A DNA stretch of 39,723 nucleotides, from IMG/VR virus record IMGVR_UViG_3300038335_000064, positions 1 to 39,723 of that record; one strand, written 5' to 3'. Origin of the DNA: a virus. Shown here one piece after another: positions 1 through 6,890 of the stretch. Position 1 is the stretch's first letter, and each line of letters begins with the position of its first letter. The notes beneath the pieces are model-generated. The model was not told the DNA's origin, did not search any database, and saw only the letters and a list, made by a program, of their open reading frames with translations. A program made the position numbers and the translations under genes.

Positions 1-127
1 CGCCGGGGATGTCGCCGGAGATGAGCGCGTAGTAGAACCGCGCGGTGCTGTCGAGCGAGAGGCTGATCAGTTCGGATTTTGCTGACGTGACCGGCGGGGC
101 TTGCCCGTTGCCAAACTCGCCCAGATC
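1..127. repeat. 127-bp terminal direct repeat, copy 1 (identical to 39597..39723); circular-closure overlap
   Basis: Bases 1-127 match 39597-39723 base for base. Both copies sit inside one continuous minus-strand reading frame. Confidence 0.95.
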
Positions 128-2083
128 AAGGTGCAGCAGGTAATCATGCAGCGCTGCGGCGCCACCGTTGGCGATCTCGTCGAGCACCGCGCGGTAGTAC
201 TCGTGCGAGAGTTTCTCGGGTGTCCAGATCACGACGTGCCGCCGGTCATCCTCTTCCAGCACCACGGGCATGGATTCGTTGGAGAGGAACACCATGTTGA
301 CGTGGTTGCGTTCGTCGTAGGCCGCCAGGTTCTTCGGGTTGATGCGTATCCATTCGCCGGTGATGAAAGCCTTGAGCTTGTTCTTGACGTGGTACAGGTC
401 GCTGCGCGCGATCACTTCGTCGGCAATCAGAAACAGCTTGCGCGACGCCCAATCGTTGAAGCGGTCTTCGATGGCGTCTTGGCCGATGACGCGGCCGTAG
501 GGGCCGTAGATCGACATGAGCGCTTCGAAGAACAGATTCTTGCCGGTACCCTGCGGGCCATGAATCACCAGCGTGGTCTTCATCTTTGCGCCCGGGTGCT
601 GGATGGGGTACGCGATCCAGCGCAACACCCAGCGATAGAGCACCTCGGGGTGGGTATCGTTTGCGCACATGTAGCGCAAAAGATCGAGCAGTTTGTCGCA
701 CCCTCCGGCCGCCGGCGCGGTGGGCCAGCCGGCCCAGAGATTGCATTTAATTTCGGCGTCATCGCCACCAGGATCAAAGCCGACTTCACGCACGCGCACG
801 ATGTCGCGCTCAGGGTGTTCGCACCAGGCGCGGTGCAGCTCGCGCGTGAGGCAGGCATCGCGCATGTCAGACAACGCCAGCAGACAGTGTTCTTGCCGAT
901 CGAACACGGTCCCACCCTGCCCGTATACCAGCGCGTAACGCTCCAGCAACTCGCCAACTGAGCTGATCGGCGCCAGCCCCTCGCCCCTTGGTTTGATTGC
1001 AGGCGCTGCGCGGTGACTGATGTTCCACCCCAGCGCCGAGATGTGGCCCAGCACCTGCTCGCGCACGGCGACGCTGGTGCTCTCGGACGCGAAGTCATTG
1101 AAGTCGGTAAGTTTGATGTCGCGCTCGGCAAACTTCGCCCAGCGTGCTGCTGTATCCGGAAACTGCGGTGTGATCCACGCCCCGCCGACTTCCAACGCGG
1201 CGGTGCTGGCGGCCAACACACCGGCGTTGGATCGGTCATGGGGCTGCCCACATGACGGGCACATTGTGGGGTGCTCGGCGAGCGACAACTTGTGCTCGCA
1301 CCGGCGGCATTTCGCCAGGCTGTCGTCATCGGCGCAGATCAACACCTTGATAATCTTGTGGCGCTTGCGCAGCGCCGCGCAAACCGGCGCGAGGTTACCC
1401 GCATCGAACGCCACGGCAACCGGTAGCCCGGTGGCCTGGTGCAGGGTCGCGGCGGTGGCGTAGCCCTCGGCGACCAGCAACACCTGGTCTGGCACACCGA
1501 TCAGGTGGAAGTTTCCGCGCTTGGCCATTCCGGCAGGCCAGAACTCTTTGCGCGGGCGCTTGGCTGCGGCCGACTGCGCTGCGGTGCGGATGAATTGCAG
1601 GCCGTGCACAACACCCGCGACATCCGTCAGCGGGATAACCACCGCGCCAGCGCTGGTGAAGCGCACCCCGTGCGCGCCGACGCCCTTGCGTGCCAGGTAC
1701 TCCGATTCGCCATCGAGGGCGTATCGCGACCATGCCGATTGTGCGGATCGAGCTGCGCGGTCGCTCTCGATGCGCCTGGCGACATCCGCGCGCTTGCGAT
1801 CTTCAGCCAACCGCTTGCGAATCGACTCGCGCTGCTCTGCCGAGAACTCCGATTTGCGCAACTCGATTTTCTGCGCCCCATTGTCGCTGCCGTGCCAAAT
1901 TCCGTAGCTGCCGACCAGCAGGGTCTCGCCTTTCTGCGATTGAATTTCGTGCGCGATGTACCATCCGCGACGCTCGCGATCACCCTCGACGCGGCATCGC
2001 CGCATCCGGCCCACCTCGATGCTGTCGACGATCAGACCGGCGCCAGTCAACTGTGCGAGCACATCACCATAGTTCGCCGCCAC
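1..2083 (-). CDS. Primase-helicase (Toprim + zinc ribbon + P-loop helicase), N-terminal and central part; the gene crosses the window junction
   Basis: Manual minus-strand translation in codon phase 128+3n is open from GTG at 2083-2081 to base 1. The in-frame upstream stop is at 2092-2090. The ORF track misses it because the stop lies across the junction. Motifs: VAANYGDVLAQLTGAGLIVDSIEVGRMRRCRVEG..RGWYIAHE; Toprim-like LLVAEGYATAATL and KVLICADDD; CRRC..CPSC; Walker A VIHGPQGTGKN; Walker B LFLIADEV. Confidence 0.85.
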   Translation of the reverse strand, partial: MAANYGDVLAQLTGAGLIVDSIEVGRMRRCRVEGDRERRGWYIAHEIQSQKGETLLVGSYGIWHGSDNGAQKIELRKSEFSAEQRESIRKRLAEDRKRADVARRIESDRAARSAQSAWSRYALDGESEYLARKGVGAHGVRFTSAGAVVIPLTDVAGVVHGLQFIRTAAQSAAAKRPRKEFWPAGMAKRGNFHLIGVPDQVLLVAEGYATAATLHQATGLPVAVAFDAGNLAPVCAALRKRHKIIKVLICADDDSLAKCRRCEHKLSLAEHPTMCPSCGQPHDRSNAGVLAASTAALEVGGAWITPQFPDTAARWAKFAERDIKLTDFNDFASESTSVAVREQVLGHISALGWNISHRAAPAIKPRGEGLAPISSVGELLERYALVYGQGGTVFDRQEHCLLALSDMRDACLTRELHRAWCEHPERDIVRVREVGFDPGGDDAEIKCNLWAGWPTAPAAGGCDKLLDLLRYMCANDTHPEVLYRWVLRWIAYPIQHPGAKMKTTLVIHGPQGTGKNLFFEALMSIYGPYGRVIGQDAIEDRFNDWASRKLFLIADEVIARSDLYHVKNKLKAFITGEWIRINPKNLAAYDERNHVNMVFLSNESMPVVLEEDDRRHVVIWTPEKLSHEYYRAVLDEIANGGAAALHDYLLHLDLGEFGNGQAPPVTSAKSELISLSLDSTARFYYALISGDIPG

Positions 2084-2085
2084 GG

Positions 2086-2502
2086 TCAGTTATCCCCGCC
2101 GCCACTGAGCACACCCTCAGTGCGGGCACCTGCCATTTCTCGTGTTAAGTTATTGATTTCTTTACTAACTACACAAGAAGCGCGGGTCCCATTACCCGCA
2201 AGTGGGGCATCCAGGGAGAACCTATCACCCGGCACCGCTTGTCCACGCCCTTGCTCGCAAAGCGTCGTCGAGCGGTCCAGGGGGGCGGGGCGAGTACCGC
2301 GTGACGTGGGCAGCGGCAGCGGCAACTGCGGCGCCGGCTGAAACCCGCGCTCGACATCGGCCAGCCAGCGCTCTACCTGCGCATCACGAGCAGGTCCATC
2401 GTTCGGCCCATAAAGCAAAGCCTGAGCCTCAGCCAATCGCGCCCCAAACATCCGCGACTGCGCCGGGCGCATCGCCTGAAACCTGCTGGCCGGACGCCTC
2501 AT
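2086..2502 (-). CDS. Hypothetical protein (uncertain; 3' part runs through an AT-rich, motif-bearing stretch)
   Basis: ATGA overlap with the TraR-like stop at 2499-2502. It ends 3 nt before the primase GTG. GC3 is only about 70 percent and the C-terminal half is low complexity. Confidence 0.35.
   Translation of the reverse strand: MRRPASRFQAMRPAQSRMFGARLAEAQALLYGPNDGPARDAQVERWLADVERGFQPAPQLPLPLPTSRGTRPAPLDRSTTLCEQGRGQAVPGDRFSLDAPLAGNGTRASCVVSKEINNLTREMAGARTEGVLSGGGDN
2120..2199. other. AT-rich island (2135-2180) flanked by GTGCGGGCAC (2120-2129) and the GCGGGT/ACCCGC inverted pair (2182-2187 / 2194-2199)
   Basis: This is the lowest-GC stretch seen by eye in the replication region, just 5' of the primase start. 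The single motif copies are within chance expectation. Confidence 0.35.
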
Positions 2503-2717
2503 GTTCGCCGTCCCGTAGCGACCGCTTCAGCCCGCTCGACAGCCGCCTGGCAATCGATGCACCGAACCGCCCCGATCTGCTGACGCACCGGGTGAATCGG
2601 CTCGCCACATTCGCATTCGCTCGCGCCGACACCACGCACCACAGCGCGGGCGCGGTCAATGGCCTCGGCAGTGGCAGCGAGCACGCGCTCCTGCACCGCA
2701 TCCATCTCATCAGGCAT
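2499..2717 (-). CDS. TraR/DksA-family C4 zinc-finger protein
   Basis: 72 aa from ATG 2717-2715. Motif CECGEPIHPVRQQIGAVRCIDCQ (CxC..CxxC). Overlaps the upstream gene stop by 8 nt. Confidence 0.75.
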   Translation of the reverse strand: MPDEMDAVQERVLAATAEAIDRARAVVRGVGASECECGEPIHPVRQQIGAVRCIDCQAAVERAEAVATGRRT

Positions 2718-3309
2718 CGATACCCCTCCCCTGTTTATCGCCAGGCAGCAGCGCCTGCACCTGCCGACGCAGGCCAAGCACCGCCGCAATCACGTCATCG
2801 GATTCATCGAGAATTCGCCGCGCATGCGGCAGGTCCGCATCGGTCAAGCGGCCGTCTGCTAGTGCTGGCGCGAGCGCCGCGCACAGGTCGCCGACTTCGC
2901 TCATCAGCCGCCCAAGCGTCATCGTCTCTGCGGACTCGCTTGGCGGGCTCAAGCGCACCGGCAGATGACCGCGCCGACGCGCCAGCTCACGCTCGCACTC
3001 GGCACGGAATGGCTCGGGCAACGCGCAGACCCACGCATCTTCCAGATCGGCCGGCATCGCCTTCACAGTGCCGTCCATGTACCGGCTGATGATCTGCGCG
3101 TTGTGGCGCTCCGCCTTGCACAGATCATCGAGCGTTACCCCGGCCCGGAACGGCACCTGACGCAGATCAGGCGCCACACGCGCCGCGTATTCATCAGCCA
3201 CGCGCGCAGCGAACTTACGCACGCACAACGCCGTGGCATCGAGCATTCGGCGCGTCGCGCCGAAAATCACCGCCGAGCGCGGCGGCAGGAAATGATGCTC
3301 AGGCTTCAT
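2710..3309 (-). CDS. Phage regulatory CII-like protein (CP76-type, tentative)
   Basis: Start MKPEHHF with a GAGGA 9 nt upstream. AQIISRYMDGT... and the C-terminal DGRLTDADLPHARRILDESDDVIAAVLGLRRQV resemble CII/CP76-family regulators. Confidence 0.5.
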   Translation of the reverse strand: MKPEHHFLPPRSAVIFGATRRMLDATALCVRKFAARVADEYAARVAPDLRQVPFRAGVTLDDLCKAERHNAQIISRYMDGTVKAMPADLEDAWVCALPEPFRAECERELARRRGHLPVRLSPPSESAETMTLGRLMSEVGDLCAALAPALADGRLTDADLPHARRILDESDDVIAAVLGLRRQVQALLPGDKQGRGIDA

Positions 3310-3567
3310 GCGCGCGCATCCTCGCTCGGGCACGCTTGCGCCCCATGAACACCACGATCAACGAACAAACCCCGGGGGCCATCCATGGCCGCGCTGCTGT
3401 GTCGAGCAGCAACGCCCCGACCCGGAGAGGAGATTCGCGGCCCGCCGGCTGTCGCCAACCTGGGGAGGGGGCAGCCGGCGCGCATTCGCCGACGGGCCGC
3501 GAAAGGGGTGGCGCCCACCCTGCGGTAAGCTGCGGTTACCAGACCAACAGCCCGCAAGGAGGGCACC

Positions 3568-3855
3568 ATGGAAAACGCCGCGCAGAAAGCGCTGACGAAG
3601 CTCGTGGAAGACACCGTTGCACTCAAGCTCGAAGCCATTCGCACGGCGCACGCAACCGTGAGTGTCGAAGTGCTCAATGCGCTGCGCCGGAAGGAATTAC
3701 TTTCCAACATCGACATCGCTCGCCTCCTGGCCTTGCTCGACGCCTCCGCTGCTGCGCTCGCACGAACCAATCCCGACACAGCCCGAGAGGTAGCCGCGCT
3801 TGCGCTGGTACTTCGTCACAGCCTCGGCGATGGCAGCGACCAAGCTCGGCAGTGA
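3568..3855 (+). CDS. Hypothetical all-helical protein
   Basis: Strong SD AAGGAGG ends 5-6 nt before ATG 3568. It overlaps the 3' end of minus ORF 3697..4050 in phase, so one of the two may be spurious over 3697-3855. Confidence 0.45.
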   Translation: MENAAQKALTKLVEDTVALKLEAIRTAHATVSVEVLNALRRKELLSNIDIARLLALLDASAAALARTNPDTAREVAALALVLRHSLGDGSDQARQ

Positions 3856-4050
3856 CGCCTCCAACAGCGCGCAATATGCAGCTACACGCTCGGCTTCGCG
3901 TTTGGCATCAAGCGCGACCAACTCGTCCATGGCTTGATCCACCCTGGCCCGCAACGCGGTTTCTCGCTCTGCGAAGAATGCCAACGCCCGGCTCACTGGT
4001 TCATCGGCCAGTTCGTCGCGTTGCAACTCGCTCACGGTGGCGATGCGCAT
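3697..4050 (-). CDS. Hypothetical protein
   Basis: ATG 4050-4048 directly follows the stop of 4053..4235. The N-terminal two thirds look protein-like; the C-terminal third (GCVGIGSCERSSGG...) looks poor. Confidence 0.4.
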   Translation of the reverse strand: MRIATVSELQRDELADEPVSRALAFFAERETALRARVDQAMDELVALDAKREAERVAAYCALLEASLPSLVAAIAEAVTKYQRKRGYLSGCVGIGSCERSSGGVEQGQEASDVDVGK

Positions 4051-4052
4051 GC

Positions 4053-4235
4053 TCACGCCACCACTTCATCAAGCGAGAGGTTGCACAACGCCAACGCACC
4101 GGGCGCCAACTCCGCGACACCATCCCACTCGTCTACGATGTGGGTGCAGCCGAAGCGCTGCATCAATGCCTCGGCGTGGCGGTTTTTTCCTGCGCCCTGT
4201 GGCGCAATGACAATCACGATAGGGAGCAGTTGCAT
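4053..4235 (-). CDS. Small hypothetical protein with a P-loop-like APQGAGKN motif
   Basis: 60 aa, MQLLPIVIVIAPQGAGKN.... GAGGA lies 6 nt upstream of the ATG. GC3 is about 72 percent. Confidence 0.45.
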   Translation of the reverse strand: MQLLPIVIVIAPQGAGKNRHAEALMQRFGCTHIVDEWDGVAELAPGALALCNLSLDEVVA

Positions 4236-4554
4236 GGGAGCATCCTCAGAAAAGTTCAGCCGCATTTACCTGCCCTACTGCATCGAGCAGGTGGAAGGGA
4301 TTGGCCATGTGGTGTTGAATCGGCTCTACAAACCGCTGGGCATCCACACGCGCGAGCACATCGACTACGTGCCGTATGCGGTGACGCTGAAAGACCTCGG
4401 CCCAGCGCTGGCCGCGAAGCTGAGCTGGAACGGCTCGCCGGACCTCGGCCACATCTGGTTGTACAACGGCGGCTGCGTACCGACGGACAGCGCGACGCAC
4501 TGGCACGCCTACCAGGCGCGACTGGCGCTGCTGGCCAAGCTGAAGGTCGGGTAA
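4234..4554 (+). CDS. Hypothetical protein
   Basis: AGGGAG lies 7 nt before ATG 4234. GC3 is very high. Sequence MGASSEKFSRIYLPYCIEQ...NRLYKPLG.... Confidence 0.6.
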   Translation: MGASSEKFSRIYLPYCIEQVEGIGHVVLNRLYKPLGIHTREHIDYVPYAVTLKDLGPALAAKLSWNGSPDLGHIWLYNGGCVPTDSATHWHAYQARLALLAKLKVG

Positions 4555-4620
4555 GCAGACCATGCCGCCTGATACCGCAGCGGCACGAAAAACACCGCAA
4601 CAACCAAAGGATCGACGGAC

Positions 4621-4845
4621 ATGGCGCACTACCTGCGCAAGACGAAAGTAGGAACCTTCGGCATCCGCCTTCACGCGCCCGGCTGGATGCTGGAGTTGGA
4701 CGGCAACGTACTCGACGGCCCGTACCGAACCCCGCAGCACGCGGTGGACGAAGTGGCCGCAGGTCATTGCAACTGGCCTTCATCCGGCGACACATCCGGG
4801 CTCGGCATTCCCGACGATTTGGACGATTGGATGAAAGCCGTATAG
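4621..4845 (+). CDS. Hypothetical protein
   Basis: 74 aa, MAHYLRKTKVGTFGIRL...GLGIPDDLDDWMKAV. AAGGA lies upstream. Confidence 0.5.
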   Translation: MAHYLRKTKVGTFGIRLHAPGWMLELDGNVLDGPYRTPQHAVDEVAAGHCNWPSSGDTSGLGIPDDLDDWMKAV

Positions 4846-5033
4846 CGCTGCTGCGCTGCCGCCTCCAACAGCACCAGCGCGGTCCGCTCGGCCTCTTCCA
4901 GGCTCAAAAAAAACCGCGCAGCTGCCTCTGGCGAGCCATCGCCTACCGTCAGCGCAAGGCCGACATGGGTCAGCAGATCGGGTGGCCGGCCGACGCTGCG
5001 CAGGGAAGCTGGGATGTAGGCAGGGTTTGGCAT
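4764..5033 (-). CDS. Hypothetical protein
   Basis: ATG 5033-5031 abuts the stop of 5034..5315. Its 3' end overlaps 4621..4845 convergently by 82 nt. Confidence 0.4.
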   Translation of the reverse strand: MPNPAYIPASLRSVGRPPDLLTHVGLALTVGDGSPEAAARFFLSLEEAERTALVLLEAAAQQRYTAFIQSSKSSGMPSPDVSPDEGQLQ

Positions 5034-5315
5034 TCAGGCGGCCTCGCGCTCGCTGTCGCACACAGGGAAACCGGCCGCAACGAGTGCGGCGGCAATGTCT
5101 TGCTGGGTGACCGCCATCGCCTGCAGCGTCTGCAAGCGCGCAGCCGGGATGCCGCCGCGCGTGCGCCATCCGATCACCGAGGGCGAGCGGATTTTGAAGC
5201 GGCGCGCGACGGCGGTGGGGCCACCGAGGGCGGTGATCAGAACGGCGGTTTTCGTGTCCATGGGCGACGCCACGCGCATCAGTCGGCCGTTGCGGACGCA
5301 GTAGTGAGGTTTCAT
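5034..5315 (-). CDS. Cro-like HTH DNA-binding protein (second of a tandem pair)
   Basis: LITALGGPTAVARRFKIRSPSVIGWRTRGGIPAARL is HTH-like. The start choice among three Met codons is unresolved. Confidence 0.6.
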   Translation of the reverse strand: MKPHYCVRNGRLMRVASPMDTKTAVLITALGGPTAVARRFKIRSPSVIGWRTRGGIPAARLQTLQAMAVTQQDIAAALVAAGFPVCDSEREAA

Positions 5316-5318
5316 GGC

Positions 5319-5594
5319 TCATGCCGCCTTCTCGGTGGGCGTGGGGTCTGCGCGGGTGTAGCCGGCGGCTTCTATCGCTGCAACGAGGTCGGGGCGCAGC
5401 TCGGCAATCGAGACCGCGCCGTCCGTGGCGGATTGAATGCGCTGCGCAAGTTGCGGGGACGCGCGCTTGTGCCCGAGCGCAATCATGTACAGCGTCCGGA
5501 AGCTGCATCCGGCGCGATCTGCCACGCGGGCGAGCACTGGGCAATTGATTTTGCCGGTTCCACCCTCGGCGCGCGTGTAGGCTGAGATATTCAT
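5319..5594 (-). CDS. Cro/YdaS-family HTH regulator
   Basis: MNISAYTRAEGG...LYMIALGHKRASPQLAQRIQSATDGAVSIAELRPDL matches the YdaS/Cro pattern. It diverges from the cI-like gene across a 70-bp operator region. Confidence 0.7.
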   Translation of the reverse strand: MNISAYTRAEGGTGKINCPVLARVADRAGCSFRTLYMIALGHKRASPQLAQRIQSATDGAVSIAELRPDLVAAIEAAGYTRADPTPTEKAA

Positions 5595-5601
5595 GCCCAA
5601 G

Positions 5602-5630
5602 ACATTACCGTATCGGTTACGCGGTTGCAA
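5602..5630 (-). promoter_or_regulatory. Candidate leftward early promoter (cro)
   Basis: On the minus strand: TTGCAA (5630-5625), a 17-nt spacer, then TAATGT (5607-5602). The predicted start is about 5595, which makes cro leaderless or nearly so. Confidence 0.45.
5605..5619. promoter_or_regulatory. Operator-like 15-mer TTACC-N5-GGTTA
   Basis: Imperfect palindrome that overlaps the -10 and spacer of the cro promoter. Confidence 0.45.
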
Positions 5631-5645
5631 TACCCTTTCGGTCAT

Positions 5646-5660
5646 TTACCGCCGTGGTAA
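5646..5660. promoter_or_regulatory. Operator-like 15-mer TTACC-N5-GGTAA (perfect arms)
   Basis: Perfect 5-bp inverted arms, ending 4 nt before the cI-like ATG. Confidence 0.5.
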
Positions 5661-5664
5661 CGCC

Positions 5665-6180
5665 ATGCACTATGAGCACATGGATGCGAAGACTGCCAGG
5701 ACCATGAACATCCGCGCCTTGGTAACCCGAGAGGGTGGGCCAACCAAGTTTGCAGAAAAGTCAGGGGACTGGTCCCAGGCGCAAGTCAGCCAATGGATTT
5801 CTGAGACGAACCCAAAGGGCATCGGGCATGCGCTAGCCCGCGCCATAGAGCGCACGTTCGGCCTGGCCCAAGGCTGGATGGATCAGCCGCACGGCACCGT
5901 CCATATCGGCGTCGCAACCACGGCCATCGAGACCGTGACGATCAGCCCGCTGTCGCACCGCCCCGACCCGGTGTTGCTGAGCCGGGCGGTCAGCGAGGCG
6001 ATGGATGCCTTTCGGCGCAAACGCCTGCTGCCCACCGACGCGGCGCTAGCCAGGGCCATCGTGCTGGCCTATCAAAGCCTGGCGGCTGGCGTTGCGCTCG
6101 CTGCTAGCCGCCGCGCACTCGATGAGGCCCTGCAGAAAGTCCTTACCGAAGAACTGGCCGATCACCCCAAGCAGGAATAG
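5665..6180 (+). CDS. cI-like HTH repressor without an S24 peptidase domain
   Basis: NIRALVTREGGPTKFAEKSGDWSQAQVSQWISETNPKGIGHALARAIERTFGLAQGWMDQP is a lambda-repressor-type HTH. The C-terminus is helical with no Ser/Lys protease motifs. No SD precedes ATG 5665. Confidence 0.7.
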   Translation: MHYEHMDAKTARTMNIRALVTREGGPTKFAEKSGDWSQAQVSQWISETNPKGIGHALARAIERTFGLAQGWMDQPHGTVHIGVATTAIETVTISPLSHRPDPVLLSRAVSEAMDAFRRKRLLPTDAALARAIVLAYQSLAAGVALAASRRALDEALQKVLTEELADHPKQE

Positions 6181-6183
6181 CGC

Positions 6184-6387
6184 ATGCGAGACGATGACAT
6201 CAATGCCGCCGTTGTTGAGGCCCGCCGGCAACTAGACGAAGCCCTGGCGGCGGCCGTGCCGGCCGCAACACCGGCTGCGGGCAACGTGCATATCTGCGGC
6301 AGCACCGTAGTCAACGCCGGTATCGTGCATATCGGCTCGCAGACGATCCACCAAACGGCGCCGCCGACAAAGGCAAAGACACCGTGA
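6184..6387 (+). CDS. Small hypothetical protein with repeated VHI(G/C) motifs
   Basis: Starts 3 nt after the cI-like stop. Contains GNVHICGSTVVNAGIVHIGSQTIHQ. Confidence 0.5.
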   Translation: MRDDDINAAVVEARRQLDEALAAAVPAATPAAGNVHICGSTVVNAGIVHIGSQTIHQTAPPTKAKTP

Positions 6388-6890
6388 TGGCTGAGCGTGC
6401 CGGCAACATCGCGCAGCACCTGTACATACGCGACCAGACGATCCACATCGGCGGTGCGCCCGAGTGGATTCAAACCTTGCCGCTGGCCGATCTGCAAACT
6501 GCACGTGATCGCCTGCACAGCGCGGCGCGGCGCCACGAAGCGCTGGCGTTGACCGTGCTGCTGGTGCCATTTCTTGCCGCAGTGCTGGTAATCGGCGTGC
6601 TCAGCTTGAGCTTGCTTGGCGCCCCGGAAGCCGATCGCCATCAAGCAGGCCCGGCGCTGCTGTGGATGGGTGGGCTGATCGCGGTCGCTATATTGTTCGC
6701 GCTCTACGACGTGCGCCGCCGGCACCGTCGCGTAGTGGCCGCCGCCGAGCGCCGCTGGGCCGAGCTGGTGGTGGAGATCGCCGCGCGCGAAGACCCACCG
6801 AAGCGCGAAGCGCCGTTCAAGCGGTTGGCGCGATGGTGGCGTGCGCGCCGCAGCTCCCCCGTGGCTCACGGAGGCCGTGATGTCGCCTGA
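6387..6890 (+). CDS. Two-TM membrane protein with an N-terminal QTIHIGG motif
   Basis: The ATG overlaps the upstream TGA by 1 nt. Hydrophobic segments: ALALTVLLVPFLAAVLVIGVLSLSLLG and ALLWMGGLIAVAILFALY. Confidence 0.6.
   Translation: MAERAGNIAQHLYIRDQTIHIGGAPEWIQTLPLADLQTARDRLHSAARRHEALALTVLLVPFLAAVLVIGVLSLSLLGAPEADRHQAGPALLWMGGLIAVAILFALYDVRRRHRRVVAAAERRWAELVVEIAAREDPPKREAPFKRLARWWRARRSSPVAHGGRDVA

Noticed and set aside
1-127. The 127-bp terminal repeat as a biological direct terminal repeat or LTR
   Set aside because: It falls in the middle of a coding frame with no terminase-site features. Its exact length and identity look like an assembly closure overlap. This cannot be proven without reads.
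101-961. 286-aa plus-strand ORF at the window start
   Set aside because: It is the in-phase antisense shadow of the primase-helicase. The minus frame carries Walker A/B and Toprim motifs, and the plus product has no recognisable features.
3524-3540. A fifth cI-type operator upstream of ORF 3568
   Set aside because: Only isolated half-sites (GGTAA, GGTTACC) are present. There is no TTACC-N5-GGTAA dyad at the correct spacing.
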